From IMG/VR virus record IMGVR_UViG_3300045988_133735: DNA of 64,000 bases. One strand, 5' to 3'. Below the pieces are notes generated by a model. That model was not told the origin of the DNA, did not search any database, and saw only the letters and a list, made by a program, of their open reading frames with translations. Positions 1 to 8,395 of this stretch are shown piece by piece. Within the stretch, counting starts at the first letter, position 1. Each line of letters begins with the position of its first letter. The position numbers and the translations under genes are program-made. This DNA is from a virus.

Positions 1-2
1 GG

Positions 3-116
3 AACTCCGGTGGCATAGGGCGTAAGTATGGGTTTGAAATCACTCGTATTCTTTTGGTCCCACACGGTGGCTGGCACAATGATACGATTTGCACAGTTGA
101 AATAAAAGTAGCATGA
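3..116 (+). CDS. 3' end of an ORF that starts upstream of the window (function unknown)
   Basis: Frame 3 is open from the window edge to TGA at 114-116. No family recognised. Confidence 0.25.
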   Translation, partial: NSGGIGRKYGFEITRILLVPHGGWHNDTICTVEIKVA

Positions 117-131
117 AAGGAGCACGGTGGT

Positions 132-410
132 ATGACAATTGAACGCGCAATTGAAATCCTTGACCCAGAACATCGTGAACATTACGAATCTATTGACCCT
201 GTTAACGATGCTTGTCGTATGGGAATGGAAGCACTTGAAAAAGAAATCCCTATGAAGCCAGAACACCTTGGTCCTGTAAATGATTGGATTGAGAATCTGT
301 ATTGTCCAAGGTGTGGGAATTATTACGATATATACAATGCTGTGAAAATGCCAAACAAACGTTGTGGCACATGCGGACAAGCAATAGATTGGAGTGAATA
401 TTATCATTAA
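132..410 (+). CDS. small zinc-ribbon protein (CPRCG...CGTCG)
   Basis: 92-aa ORF with GGAGCACGGTGG upstream of the ATG and two CxxC pairs near the C-terminus. Confidence 0.55.
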   Translation: MTIERAIEILDPEHREHYESIDPVNDACRMGMEALEKEIPMKPEHLGPVNDWIENLYCPRCGNYYDIYNAVKMPNKRCGTCGQAIDWSEYYH

Positions 411-424
411 AGGAAGTGATGTAA

Positions 425-625
425 ATGTTAGCTGATATTGTTTGGTTTATGACCAAAGCTTATATTATTTTGATTTTCACAGCAGCTGTGATTCGCTCTG
501 AACAGATTCTGTATAATACTTCTACATATGTTTTCCGAGGCGACAAAAAGAATGGAATGTATGGCTGTGTCGCACTGAATGTTTTTATTATCGCTTGTGC
601 GAGTCTATGGACGGTGATGTTTTAA
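425..625 (+). CDS. small hydrophobic protein (doubtful)
   Basis: 66-aa ORF that fills the gap between neighbouring genes, with two hydrophobic stretches. No family recognised. Confidence 0.3.
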   Translation: MLADIVWFMTKAYIILIFTAAVIRSEQILYNTSTYVFRGDKKNGMYGCVALNVFIIACASLWTVMF

Positions 626-904
626 ATGAACTATATGAAACTAGTTAATGCTGATGGATTAAAGGATTGTCTTTTGCTGGAAGGAAATCTTGGACATATC
701 AAAACTCTAAAAGATGTTGAACGAGTTATTGATTTTCAAGTAGATCGCCAGCCAACAACTGTATTTGAGTTCGTAGATAATTGTGAGAGCTCGGCATGGG
801 TGTGTGATTATTGTGGTGGCGGAATTAAAGGGCAAGAGTCGCCCGAAAGCCTTGGCTATAATCGTTGCCCGTTCTGCGGTCTTTTAATCGAGGTGGGAAA
901 ATGA
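626..904 (+). CDS. small zinc-ribbon protein (CDYCGG...CPFCG)
   Basis: 92-aa ORF with two CxxC pairs. Its stop overlaps the nrdG start (ATGA). Confidence 0.55.
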   Translation: MNYMKLVNADGLKDCLLLEGNLGHIKTLKDVERVIDFQVDRQPTTVFEFVDNCESSAWVCDYCGGGIKGQESPESLGYNRCPFCGLLIEVGK

Positions 905-1395
905 ATTACATGAAAATCATCCCTTGTGATATAGCCAATGGCGAAGGTGTGCGTGTGACTATTTTTGTTTCTGGATGCAATCATCATTGCCCCGGTTGTC
1001 AGAATCCTACCACATGGGATGCAGCTGCCGGCAATCCGTTTGTTGAAGATACAATGCAAGAACTGCTTGATCTGCTTCGGCCTGATTATATTCGCGGTTT
1101 GACGTTCAGCGGGGGAGATCCACTTTTCATTCAGAACCGATTGATTGTTGGCTACATCTGTGAGCGAGTTCGCAAAGAGTTTGGATACACTAAAGACATC
1201 TGGACGTGGACTGGATACGAGTGGGATCAAATCAAAGACTGGGATCACTTGCATTATATAGATATGCTTGTGGATGGTCCATATGTCGAAGCCGAGCGCG
1301 ATATTTCATTGCCGTGGGCTGGAAGCCGAAATCAGAGAGTTATTGATGTAAAGAAAAGTCTTGAGAAAGGAGAAGTTGTGTTATGGCAAAAATGA
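901..1395 (+). CDS. nrdG: anaerobic ribonucleotide reductase activating protein (radical SAM)
   Basis: N-terminus MNYMKIIPCDIANGEGVRVTIFVSGCNHHCPGCQN carries the CxxxCxxC cluster and the NrdG-type size and layout. GAGGTGGG RBS precedes ATG 901; the track start at 865 has no RBS. Confidence 0.85.
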   Translation: MNYMKIIPCDIANGEGVRVTIFVSGCNHHCPGCQNPTTWDAAAGNPFVEDTMQELLDLLRPDYIRGLTFSGGDPLFIQNRLIVGYICERVRKEFGYTKDIWTWTGYEWDQIKDWDHLHYIDMLVDGPYVEAERDISLPWAGSRNQRVIDVKKSLEKGEVVLWQK

Positions 1396-1622
1396 AGTAT
1401 GAGGCGAAAATAACAATCGAACTTGATATCAATGAACATTTGCTAGATGGTGAAACTCTGGACGAATTTATCAAACATTATGGGTTAACCGAATTCGTTC
1501 TGGCTAACGATTTGGAGTCTTATATCAAAGATGAAGCGGAATATTATCCAAATGTCGAGTACGATAATCCGCGAATCCGTGTTGAAACAATCAAATTGAA
1601 TATTGAAAAGGAGAATAAATAA
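1383..1622 (+). CDS. hypothetical protein
   Basis: 79-aa acidic ORF, tightly packed in the operon. Confidence 0.5.
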   Translation: MAKMKYEAKITIELDINEHLLDGETLDEFIKHYGLTEFVLANDLESYIKDEAEYYPNVEYDNPRIRVETIKLNIEKENK

Positions 1623-1623
1623 T

Positions 1624-2112
1624 ATGTCATCTAAAAAAGAATACGTTTATTGTATTTGGGCACACAGTAAAGTGAATGGCCCAAGTCCATACATTTATCG
1701 AATGGTTGCCACAAGTAAAGCAGATGTGAAAAGAAAATGGGCGGAGTCATTTTATTGGCATTTGACGATTGATCATATTGAAAAGGCCGATATTACTCCG
1801 GAATATTTGAATCGCCCATATGACTTTGATGATGATAACGATGATAGACTTATTGGTCAATATATCACTGTTGATCCTAATGAGTCACCACGTCGTACAG
1901 AATTAAGGGATTACGATAAAATGCTTGTTAAAATGTATGAAGATAGTATTAAATCAACATTTGATAATCCTGAAAAAACAGCTTTAGAAACAGCAAAGGC
2001 TTTTCATTATGGAGAACTTATAGATGAAATTTATGAGAGTTGCGGGTTGAAATATACTGGTAATTATGGTCTTGACGATGAAATGCTGGATAAAATGTTA
2101 AAAGGAGAATAA
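1624..2112 (+). CDS. hypothetical protein
   Basis: ORF with AAAGGAG RBS before ATG 1624. The track start at 1603 is a TTG without an RBS. Confidence 0.5.
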   Translation: MSSKKEYVYCIWAHSKVNGPSPYIYRMVATSKADVKRKWAESFYWHLTIDHIEKADITPEYLNRPYDFDDDNDDRLIGQYITVDPNESPRRTELRDYDKMLVKMYEDSIKSTFDNPEKTALETAKAFHYGELIDEIYESCGLKYTGNYGLDDEMLDKMLKGE

Positions 2113-2116
2113 AATT

Positions 2117-2650
2117 ATGGATTTAGGAAATACGGATATTCATATTAAAGATGGTGGCATTCATAAAGCATATCATCCGCAAGTGAAAATCAACAAGATC
2201 TATGATGATGCACATCTGCCGACCTATGGTTCTAAGTGCGCTGCGTGTGCTGATGTATATGCTTATATTCCTGCAAATCAAGCCGATCTGTTTGATGAGC
2301 ACGGCAATCCCATCATCTATATGCGTCCGCACGAGACTCGTATGATTGGCACTGGCTTGCGTTTTGCTCCGGCTGAAGGTTGGGCAATTCTTGGTTATGC
2401 ACGCAGCGGTCTGGCTACTAAGAGGGGGTTGGCACCGGCAAATTGCGTTGGCGTTATTGATCAAGACTACCGGGGAGAGGCTATGGTTCCACTTCATAAC
2501 CACTCTGATATGCCGCAAGAGATTGTTCATGGTGACCGTATTGCCCAGTTTATGTTCGTTCCGTATTATCAGGCGCAGTTTAATGTGGTTGAGGAACTGG
2601 ATGAGACGGAGCGTGGAGTCGGAGGGTTTGGAAGTACGGGAGTGAAGTAA
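2117..2650 (+). CDS. dut: dUTP diphosphatase
   Basis: Trimeric dUTPase motifs: ARSGLATKRGL, GVIDQDYRGE, GDRIAQ and a C-terminal GGFGSTG. Confidence 0.85.
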   Translation: MDLGNTDIHIKDGGIHKAYHPQVKINKIYDDAHLPTYGSKCAACADVYAYIPANQADLFDEHGNPIIYMRPHETRMIGTGLRFAPAEGWAILGYARSGLATKRGLAPANCVGVIDQDYRGEAMVPLHNHSDMPQEIVHGDRIAQFMFVPYYQAQFNVVEELDETERGVGGFGSTGVK

Positions 2651-3123
2651 TGGAGGAAGTTATGGGAAAGACGATTGATACGTCAGAGCTTCTGTATCGG
2701 ATGGGCAAGTACGCAGAAATCGATGTCGGAGAAGAAAGCCATGATGCGTTTATGCACTTCATGCTTCTTTTGACTCGCACAATTGAGAAGATGCCGAATG
2801 CTGCGCTAACGCATAAGAATCCGATTGATGATGAGATTATGAAGAATCAGTACAAGCTGGTGAACGCAATCTCACTGGTAACCGGTCGCACTCGAAACGA
2901 TGGCTGGTATCCTACTTGGATTGGCATGACTATGAAAATTGTGCGTCTGAAGGTCGATGAGTCTGCTGGTTTCCGGTACATCAAAGACAATGAAGGGCAT
3001 GACTATCCGGGCGCAATGCATACGTCTCATGTTACCGATTATTACATCTCGGATGACAAGAAGAATGTTATTGTTCAGACCGAAAACACTATTTTTAAAT
3101 TTGAAAAGGTTGAGGAGGACTAA
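2650..3123 (+). CDS. hypothetical protein
   Basis: 157-aa ORF whose start overlaps the dut stop (TAATG). Confidence 0.5.
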   Translation: MEEVMGKTIDTSELLYRMGKYAEIDVGEESHDAFMHFMLLLTRTIEKMPNAALTHKNPIDDEIMKNQYKLVNAISLVTGRTRNDGWYPTWIGMTMKIVRLKVDESAGFRYIKDNEGHDYPGAMHTSHVTDYYISDDKKNVIVQTENTIFKFEKVEED

Positions 3124-3126
3124 ATT

Positions 3127-3432
3127 ATGGCTAAGTATTTTTACGTTTACAATATCGCCGGTGTAGAGGATTCTATTGTAAAGATGTTCAACACTGATAC
3201 TGGTGCAATGGGCGAGAAAAGCGTCAAGAAGGATCATATGGATGGGTTTATTGATGGTATCAAGACGAGCGGCTTTGTTTTGAACAAGGAGCTGGCAGAT
3301 GCTGATGTTGCAGAGGCCGAAGCAAAGCGTGTTCTGGCAGAGAAAATGACCGCTTATCAGGCAGCTCGCGATAACTATCATAGCAAGAGTGAAACCTTGA
3401 AGAAGGTCAAGGCTAAGTACGGCATTAAGTAA
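3127..3432 (+). CDS. hypothetical protein
   Basis: 101-aa ORF with a GAGGAGGA RBS upstream. Confidence 0.5.
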   Translation: MAKYFYVYNIAGVEDSIVKMFNTDTGAMGEKSVKKDHMDGFIDGIKTSGFVLNKELADADVAEAEAKRVLAEKMTAYQAARDNYHSKSETLKKVKAKYGIK

Positions 3433-3462
3433 AAGATGAATTTTACGGAGGATAGTATGATT

Positions 3463-3927
3463 ATTGTTGGATATCCGTGCATCGGGAAAAGCACATACGC
3501 TGTTAGTCACAAATACAAGGCAATCGACCTCGAAAGTAGCAATTTTATCAAAGACGGCAGTTGGGTCGAATCATATTGTAATGTGGCTATCGGTTTATCA
3601 GAACAGGGTTATGATGTGTTCGTATCTTCTCATGATGATGTTCGTAAGCAGCTTTTAAAAAGTGGTTATAAGAATATCTTTGCAATTTATCCATCACCTG
3701 AAATCAAAAACAAATGGCTTGAGAAGCTTAGTTATAGATTTTGGATCACAGACCTTGACAAGGACTATCGTGCATGGCAGAGGGCTTTGCATCACTACGA
3801 TGAGGATGTTGCTTCCTTTAAGGAAGATGCGAAACACTTCTATGGATTTTATGAAATCGGTCATGAACCAGAAGGTGAGTCGTATGACATTGCATCCGTT
3901 CTTGATGAATTTAAGTATGGCTGTTAA
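3463..3927 (+). CDS. P-loop NTPase / nucleotide-kinase-like protein
   Basis: Walker A motif GYPCIGKST lies at the N-terminus. ACGGAGGA RBS precedes ATG 3463. Small kinase-like size. Confidence 0.55.
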   Translation: MVGYPCIGKSTYAVSHKYKAIDLESSNFIKDGSWVESYCNVAIGLSEQGYDVFVSSHDDVRKQLLKSGYKNIFAIYPSPEIKNKWLEKLSYRFWITDLDKDYRAWQRALHHYDEDVASFKEDAKHFYGFYEIGHEPEGESYDIASVLDEFKYGC

Positions 3928-3966
3928 TTAAAATTTAACGGGTGGGTGGGAGGAATAAAAATTATT

Positions 3967-4197
3967 ATGCATAAGACTGATAGTTTGAAAAATCCAGTAA
4001 TCGTATTTCCATGCAAGAACTGTGGTTGTACAACTAAGATTCGAGTAGCCTCTTTTGAAAATCCTGATTTGGATATTCCTGAGAATAATGTGATTGCGTG
4101 TTATAGATGTAGAGCGGAAGTTGCTGGATCTGAGTTTGTTTCTTGGAAAGAAGCAACAAAAACTATTTTTACCGTGGAGGTGCCCGATGGCAATTAA
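3967..4197 (+). CDS. small zinc-ribbon protein (CKNCGC...CYRC)
   Basis: ORF with two CxxC pairs and a GGGAGGA RBS upstream of ATG 3967. Confidence 0.5.
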   Translation: MHKTDSLKNPVIVFPCKNCGCTTKIRVASFENPDLDIPENNVIACYRCRAEVAGSEFVSWKEATKTIFTVEVPDGN

Positions 4198-4417
4198 AAT
4201 TATCAAACATAAAATAGAACAAGAAAAACTGGCTTATAAATTTTCATGTGATTGTGGTTGTGAGTTTTGGTCTGACGCAGATAGCGTGATAGAAGTTAGC
4301 TCATGCGGACATATTTTTCTTTATCAAACCAAATGTCCAGAATGTGATTGCACTGTTAGTATGGTGCCGAATCTTGGGCTTAATATAATGCCTAGAAATA
4401 AGATTTTCGAAGAATAA
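4187..4417 (+). CDS. small zinc-ribbon protein (CDCGC...CPECDC)
   Basis: In-frame ATG at 4187 preceded by GGAGG, with Cys pairs. Confidence 0.5.
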   Translation: MAIKIIKHKIEQEKLAYKFSCDCGCEFWSDADSVIEVSSCGHIFLYQTKCPECDCTVSMVPNLGLNIMPRNKIFEE

Positions 4418-4446
4418 AATTGTATGTTTTAATGAGGGTAAATAAT

Positions 4447-4782
4447 ATGACTTATACGCTTATGTCTGTTCCAGAAGATAAAGAAGTCTGGTGCACTGGA
4501 TTTCGATTTGATGATATGAAGGCCGGCATCAATTGTAAGCCGGTACAAGGGACTATTCATGACAATGATTATTGGAAGTCGAAGTTTAAAACAAAAAATC
4601 GCACAATCAGTGTGAATACAAATCAATCGTATTATGCGTTTGCTGATACTTACGAAGAAGCCGCACATATTTATAATGAGATGATAAACACATTTCTTGT
4701 TGAGCTTGATAATAGATACCACAAAATTGCAAGCTCATTAGAGGGCTGCTATCTATCGAATGATCACGGTATTATGTTTTAG
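4447..4782 (+). CDS. hypothetical protein
   Basis: ORF with a GAGGG RBS before ATG 4447. Confidence 0.45.
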   Translation: MTYTLMSVPEDKEVWCTGFRFDDMKAGINCKPVQGTIHDNDYWKSKFKTKNRTISVNTNQSYYAFADTYEEAAHIYNEMINTFLVELDNRYHKIASSLEGCYLSNDHGIMF

Positions 4783-4810
4783 AAACCAGACTTTTATGAA
4801 GTGGTGAATT

Positions 4811-4999
4811 ATGATTGAACGCGAAGAATTTTATGTGGTAAATAATCTCATGGTTGTTGCACACGACTATGAACGTATAGATGGGTATGGCCGTATGTGG
4901 AGCAGACTGCCCGTAGATAAGAATTGCCTTGAAACTTATTGCCAAGCTCTAAAAGACTGTGGATATAAAGATACTACGGAGAATTTCAAAAATGATTGA
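4811..4999 (+). CDS. hypothetical small protein (paralogue of 5247-5417)
   Basis: 62 aa. Its C-terminal YCQALKDCGYK motif recurs in the 5247-5417 ORF as YCQCLNDLGYK. Confidence 0.45.
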   Translation: MIEREEFYVVNNLMVVAHDYERIDGYGRMWSRLPVDKNCLETYCQALKDCGYKDTTENFKND

Positions 5000-5216
5000 A
5001 GAATATATAAAAATTATATGTGATCGGTGCTGCAAAGATACGTTTGTTAAAAAGAATGGATTCCCAAACAATGTCGCAAGTTATTACGTTCCTGATGATA
5101 AAAAATGGAGCTTGAAAGGCGAAGATGCTATCTCGGATTTATGCCCACAGTGCCGACGCGAATACGAAGAGATGCTCCATAAATTCTTTTGCGAGGGACT
5201 AAAACATAACGATTGA
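4992..5216 (+). CDS. small zinc-ribbon protein (CDRCC...CPQC)
   Basis: ATG 4992 follows a GGAGAA RBS. Cys pairs at both ends. Confidence 0.5.
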   Translation: MIEEYIKIICDRCCKDTFVKKNGFPNNVASYYVPDDKKWSLKGEDAISDLCPQCRREYEEMLHKFFCEGLKHND

Positions 5217-5246
5217 AGAATTAGGGTTTTATAAAGGAGAATGCTA

Positions 5247-5417
5247 ATGAAGGATTTTGACTTTTATAGAGCTAAATATATTCGCGATGGGAAATGGCGA
5301 ATTGAGTTTTTTGATAAAGACAAAAAGTACGTTGGCTCTATTTATAAAGTAGAGTCGGACGGCGTCCGTGGGTATTGCCAGTGTTTAAATGATCTTGGCT
5401 ACAAAGCAATTTTATAA
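5247..5417 (+). CDS. hypothetical small protein (56 aa, below the ORF-track cutoff)
   Basis: My own translation gives MKDFDFYRAKYIRDGKWRIEFF...GYCQCLNDLGYKAIL. AAAGGAG RBS at 5233-5239. Shares the C-terminal motif with 4811-4999. Confidence 0.45.
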   Translation: MKDFDFYRAKYIRDGKWRIEFFDKDKKYVGSIYKVESDGVRGYCQCLNDLGYKAIL

Positions 5418-5446
5418 AACTTGGATTCTTATAAAGGAGGTTCACA

Positions 5447-6274
5447 ATGATTATTGATTGCAAATCTATTGCACAAGATATCAAAGATAAAATCAAGAAT
5501 ATTATCGCAGAAGCTGACTATGCTCCTGTTTTATATATTTATCAAGTAGGGGACAACCCTGCGTCTAACGCTTATATTCGCGGCAAGTTGCGTGACTGTG
5601 AAGAGGTGGGAATCGAAGCAGAACTTATCAAACTGCCGGAAGATATTACAGAGGATGAATTAAATAACAAGATACTAGAAGATTATAATTGGGAATATGT
5701 GGACGGCATCATTGTCCAACTTCCGCTTCCAAAACATATCAATCCCAAAAACATCTACATTCCAGACGCAGTTGATGTTGATGGTTTTAATTCTACCTCT
5801 CTGTTTCAGCCTTGCACTCCGCTGGGCGTTATGAAGATTTTCGACGCGATTGATTACGATCTGGATGGCAAGAATGTGCTTGTGTGCGGTCAGTCTGATA
5901 TCGTAGGTCGTTCGTTGGTCGATATGCTGATTAAGCGGCATTGCAATGTTATCTCTGTGAATAGTACAGGTTCCGCCATGAAAGCCACTGCCATCGGATT
6001 TGGAATAGTCAATGTTATTATTTCCGCCGTTGGTAAGCGTGACTTTATTTCGACGTTTGATTTATTTGATACGGATGTTTGCATCGACGTTGGTATCAAC
6101 TATGATGAGAACGGAAGGCAGCACGGCGACTGCACTGATGCTGTTTATGATATGAAGGATGTCAAAGTAACACCTCGTATCGGCGGAGTTGGCCTTATGA
6201 CTCGCGCTATGCTCTTATATAATGTATGTGTGGCGAAATACGGGGCAGAGAAGATGGAAGAGGTGATTGAATGA
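5447..6274 (+). CDS. folD: bifunctional methylene-THF dehydrogenase / methenyl-THF cyclohydrolase-like protein
   Basis: FolD signatures along the full length: GDNPASNAYIRGKLRDCEEVGI, DGIIVQLPLPKHI, DVDGF, PCTPLGVMKI, GQSDIVGRSLVDML, IGGVGLMT. Confidence 0.8.
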   Translation: MIIDCKSIAQDIKDKIKNIIAEADYAPVLYIYQVGDNPASNAYIRGKLRDCEEVGIEAELIKLPEDITEDELNNKILEDYNWEYVDGIIVQLPLPKHINPKNIYIPDAVDVDGFNSTSLFQPCTPLGVMKIFDAIDYDLDGKNVLVCGQSDIVGRSLVDMLIKRHCNVISVNSTGSAMKATAIGFGIVNVIISAVGKRDFISTFDLFDTDVCIDVGINYDENGRQHGDCTDAVYDMKDVKVTPRIGGVGLMTRAMLLYNVCVAKYGAEKMEEVIE

Positions 6275-6501
6275 AAGAACAGAAAATTCCGCTTGAACAG
6301 CAACTTGTATATAACGTAGAAGAAGTAGCAACCATCTTGAAAACTACACGCCCTGTGGTATACTCTTTAATAGAAAAGGGTTATCTTCCGAGCATTGTTC
6401 TTGGCAGACGGAAAGTGACGAGGAAGGCACTACTTACATTTCTTGATAAGAACGAGAACACTAATTTTAGCCAAATCTTGAAATCAAAACAACTATCGTA
6501 A
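6271..6501 (+). CDS. xis: excisionase-family helix-turn-helix DNA-binding protein
   Basis: YNVEEVATILKTTRPVVYSLIEKGYLPSIVLGRRKVTRKALLTFL matches the excisionase / MerR-like HTH_17 pattern. Sits immediately next to attP and int. Confidence 0.7.
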   Translation: MKEQKIPLEQQLVYNVEEVATILKTTRPVVYSLIEKGYLPSIVLGRRKVTRKALLTFLDKNENTNFSQILKSKQLS

Positions 6502-6512
6502 GCCATTTGGTC

Positions 6513-6564
6513 GTGCCCACAAAATTGCCCACATTTTATTTTCTGTGGGCAAACCGTGGGCAAA
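6513..6564. repeat. attP left arm: four copies of the (T/C)GTGGGCAA(A) motif (two inverted, two direct)
   Basis: TGCCCAC at 6514-6520 and TTGCCCAC at 6525-6532 are inverted copies. TGTGGGCAAA at 6544-6553 and CGTGGGCAAA at 6555-6564 are direct copies. Confidence 0.7.
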
Positions 6565-6613
6565 TCGACAATTTGTTTCCAAAGAATGACGTACACACGC
6601 CAAAACTTTATAG

Positions 6614-6688
6614 ATGGCAAAGGATGAAGCCCGTCACGGCCGCGGCTTCGAGGGCCTGCTGAAGCGTTACTTCAACACCGAAGTCTGA
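6614..6688 (+). other. orphan 24-codon gene 3' end (MAKDEARHGRGFEGLLKRYFNTEV*), candidate attP core and host-gene reconstitution segment
   Basis: About 59% GC by hand count, in a roughly 40% GC context. Uses C/G-ending codons unlike the phage genes. The ExxH-containing terminal helix resembles the C-terminus of rubrerythrin / ferritin-like diiron proteins. Lies between the two arm-repeat clusters. Confidence 0.55.
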
Positions 6689-6756
6689 CGAAAAACACTA
6701 AAAAATACAATTGCACAACGCGAAATTTTAAGCTGTTCACGGAATAATCTGTTCAA

Positions 6757-6800
6757 ATCTGTTCTTAACTGTTTTTATCGGTTGAGAACAGATTTTTTTG
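6757..6800 (+). terminator. rho-independent terminator following the orphan gene end
   Basis: Stem ATCTGTTCTTAAC (6757-6769) pairs with GTTGAGAACAGAT (6781-6793), followed by TTTTTTT. Confidence 0.7.
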
Positions 6801-6802
6801 TA

Positions 6803-6939
6803 TTGTGGGCAAATTGTGGGCAAACCCTGCCGATTTGGCCGCTTTTTACCTCTTTTTTTGAAATTGCCCACAAAAAGTCTGAAAGTTGGCTTGTGGCCTA
6901 GAAAAATCGGCTGTTAAAAATTTTTTTTATGTGGGCAAA
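6803..6939. repeat. attP right arm: four more GTGGGCAA copies
   Basis: Tandem TTGTGGGCAAA at 6803-6813 and 6814-6824, inverted TTGCCCACAA at 6864-6873, and TGTGGGCAAA at 6930-6939. A degenerate TTGTGGCC sits at 6891-6898. Confidence 0.7.
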
Positions 6940-6943
6940 TTAT

Positions 6944-6972
6944 TTGACGGTTAAAACAATATGTGGTAAAAT
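6944..6972 (+). promoter_or_regulatory. sigma-A-type promoter of int
   Basis: TTGACG (6944-6949), 17-nt spacer, TAAAAT (6967-6972), with a TGn extended -10. Sits 40 nt upstream of the int ATG and next to the last arm repeat. Confidence 0.6.
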
Positions 6973-7013
6973 CATGTTGTAAGAATAGAACTCTTTGACG
7001 AAGGAGTAAAAGT

Positions 7014-8336
7014 ATGGGTACAGTCAGAAAAAGAGGCGGCAAGTGGTCATATCGCGTTGACTTCACCGGGACCGATGGGAAACGTGTCCAAAAAGAAAAA
7101 GGCGGGTTTGCGACCAAGAAGGAAGCTAACGCCGCGATGACGGCTATTGAGAACGATCTTTTAAAGACGGGTGAATATATAGAACCTAATCAAAGAATCA
7201 CCATGCAGCAGCTTTTTGAGGAGTTTATAACAGAAGAAGCTCCTGTAACTAGAAAGTACGCAACGATTGTTAGATACAAATCACTCTATCGAAATCAGAT
7301 TGGTCCTGAATTTGGAGTGAATTATCTCTATCAAATATCGACCGATCGAATTCAAAAATTCCTCAATTATAAAATACAAGAAGAAAAAAGCAAAATGTCA
7401 GGACATACAGAGCAGGGACTTAGTGCCTCATATGTACGCAGCCTTTATAATTTTCTTCTCGTGCTTTTCACTTATGCTAGAAAAAAGAAAAAATATATTC
7501 GCAACGATCCCATGGAAGAAGTTGTTCCTCCAAAAGATTATCGCGCTTACGGTAAGGAAATAAGATATTATACACAAGATCAGATTGAATGGATGGATAA
7601 GAGATTTCAATCTACCAACTTATATACGGCTTATCTTCTTGGATTATATCTTGGCGTTCGCGTAGGAGAATGTTTTGCCTTGCGGTTTAGTGATATCGAT
7701 TGGAATAAAAGGACAATCAAAGTTGGAGCACAACTTCAATTCCAAAACAAAGTGTGGAGTCTGGTATATCCTAAAACGCCCAACTCTATACGCGAAGTGA
7801 AGATGAATCAAAAGCTGGTTGACTATCTGAAGAGCCTTCAAAAAAAATATAGTGAAAACAAGGAGTTATTTGGAGGCGGTTGGAAAGGCGAGAATAAGGT
7901 TATGGATCGACGGCCTGAATTTTATGGTAATCCGGGAGTAATGCTAACCGTAGAAGATTTTATCAACGTTAAACCTAACGGTGAAATGTATGTAACCAGT
8001 TCGGATAAAACACTCTCTCGTATATGTAAAAAAGAAGCGGGATTTGATTTCAAATTCCATTATCTGCGTCATACTCATGCAACTATATTGGCAAGTAAAG
8101 GCGTTAATCCTCGATACGTTATGGATCGCTTAGGGCATGGCAAAATTGATGTCACTCTCAAATACTATACGCATGTAACGGACGAGATGCACGACCAAGT
8201 GGCTGCTATTATGGATACCGTTATGGGTGATCAAGAATTGTATGATAAAAATAATATAATTCAAGATGGTACGGATATTTCTCAAATGGCTGTCTTAGAG
8301 GGCACAGAAGACGCCGGTGAAGATAACGAAGAATAA
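7014..8336 (+). CDS. int: tyrosine recombinase / phage integrase with N-terminal arm-binding domain
   Basis: N-terminus MGTVRKRGGKWSYRVDFTG is arm-type (AP2-like). The C-terminal catalytic box HYLRHTHATILASKGVNPRYVMDRLGHGKIDVTLKYYTH carries the R..H-x-x-R...Y pattern. Confidence 0.9.
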   Translation: MGTVRKRGGKWSYRVDFTGTDGKRVQKEKGGFATKKEANAAMTAIENDLLKTGEYIEPNQRITMQQLFEEFITEEAPVTRKYATIVRYKSLYRNQIGPEFGVNYLYQISTDRIQKFLNYKIQEEKSKMSGHTEQGLSASYVRSLYNFLLVLFTYARKKKKYIRNDPMEEVVPPKDYRAYGKEIRYYTQDQIEWMDKRFQSTNLYTAYLLGLYLGVRVGECFALRFSDIDWNKRTIKVGAQLQFQNKVWSLVYPKTPNSIREVKMNQKLVDYLKSLQKKYSENKELFGGGWKGENKVMDRRPEFYGNPGVMLTVEDFINVKPNGEMYVTSSDKTLSRICKKEAGFDFKFHYLRHTHATILASKGVNPRYVMDRLGHGKIDVTLKYYTHVTDEMHDQVAAIMDTVMGDQELYDKNNIIQDGTDISQMAVLEGTEDAGEDNEE

Positions 8337-8361
8337 TATTTACAATACACTTGAACACGGA

Positions 8362-8389
8362 TTGAAATCAATATGTTGTAAATTATAAT
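8362..8389 (+). promoter_or_regulatory. sigma-A-type promoter
   Basis: TTGAAA (8362-8367), 16-nt spacer, TATAAT (8384-8389). Confidence 0.5.
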
Positions 8390-8395
8390 AATAAA

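Noticed and set aside
865-900. The upstream start (865) given by the ORF track for nrdG
   Set aside because: It lies inside the preceding gene and has no RBS. ATG 901 follows GAGGTGGG and overlaps the upstream stop.
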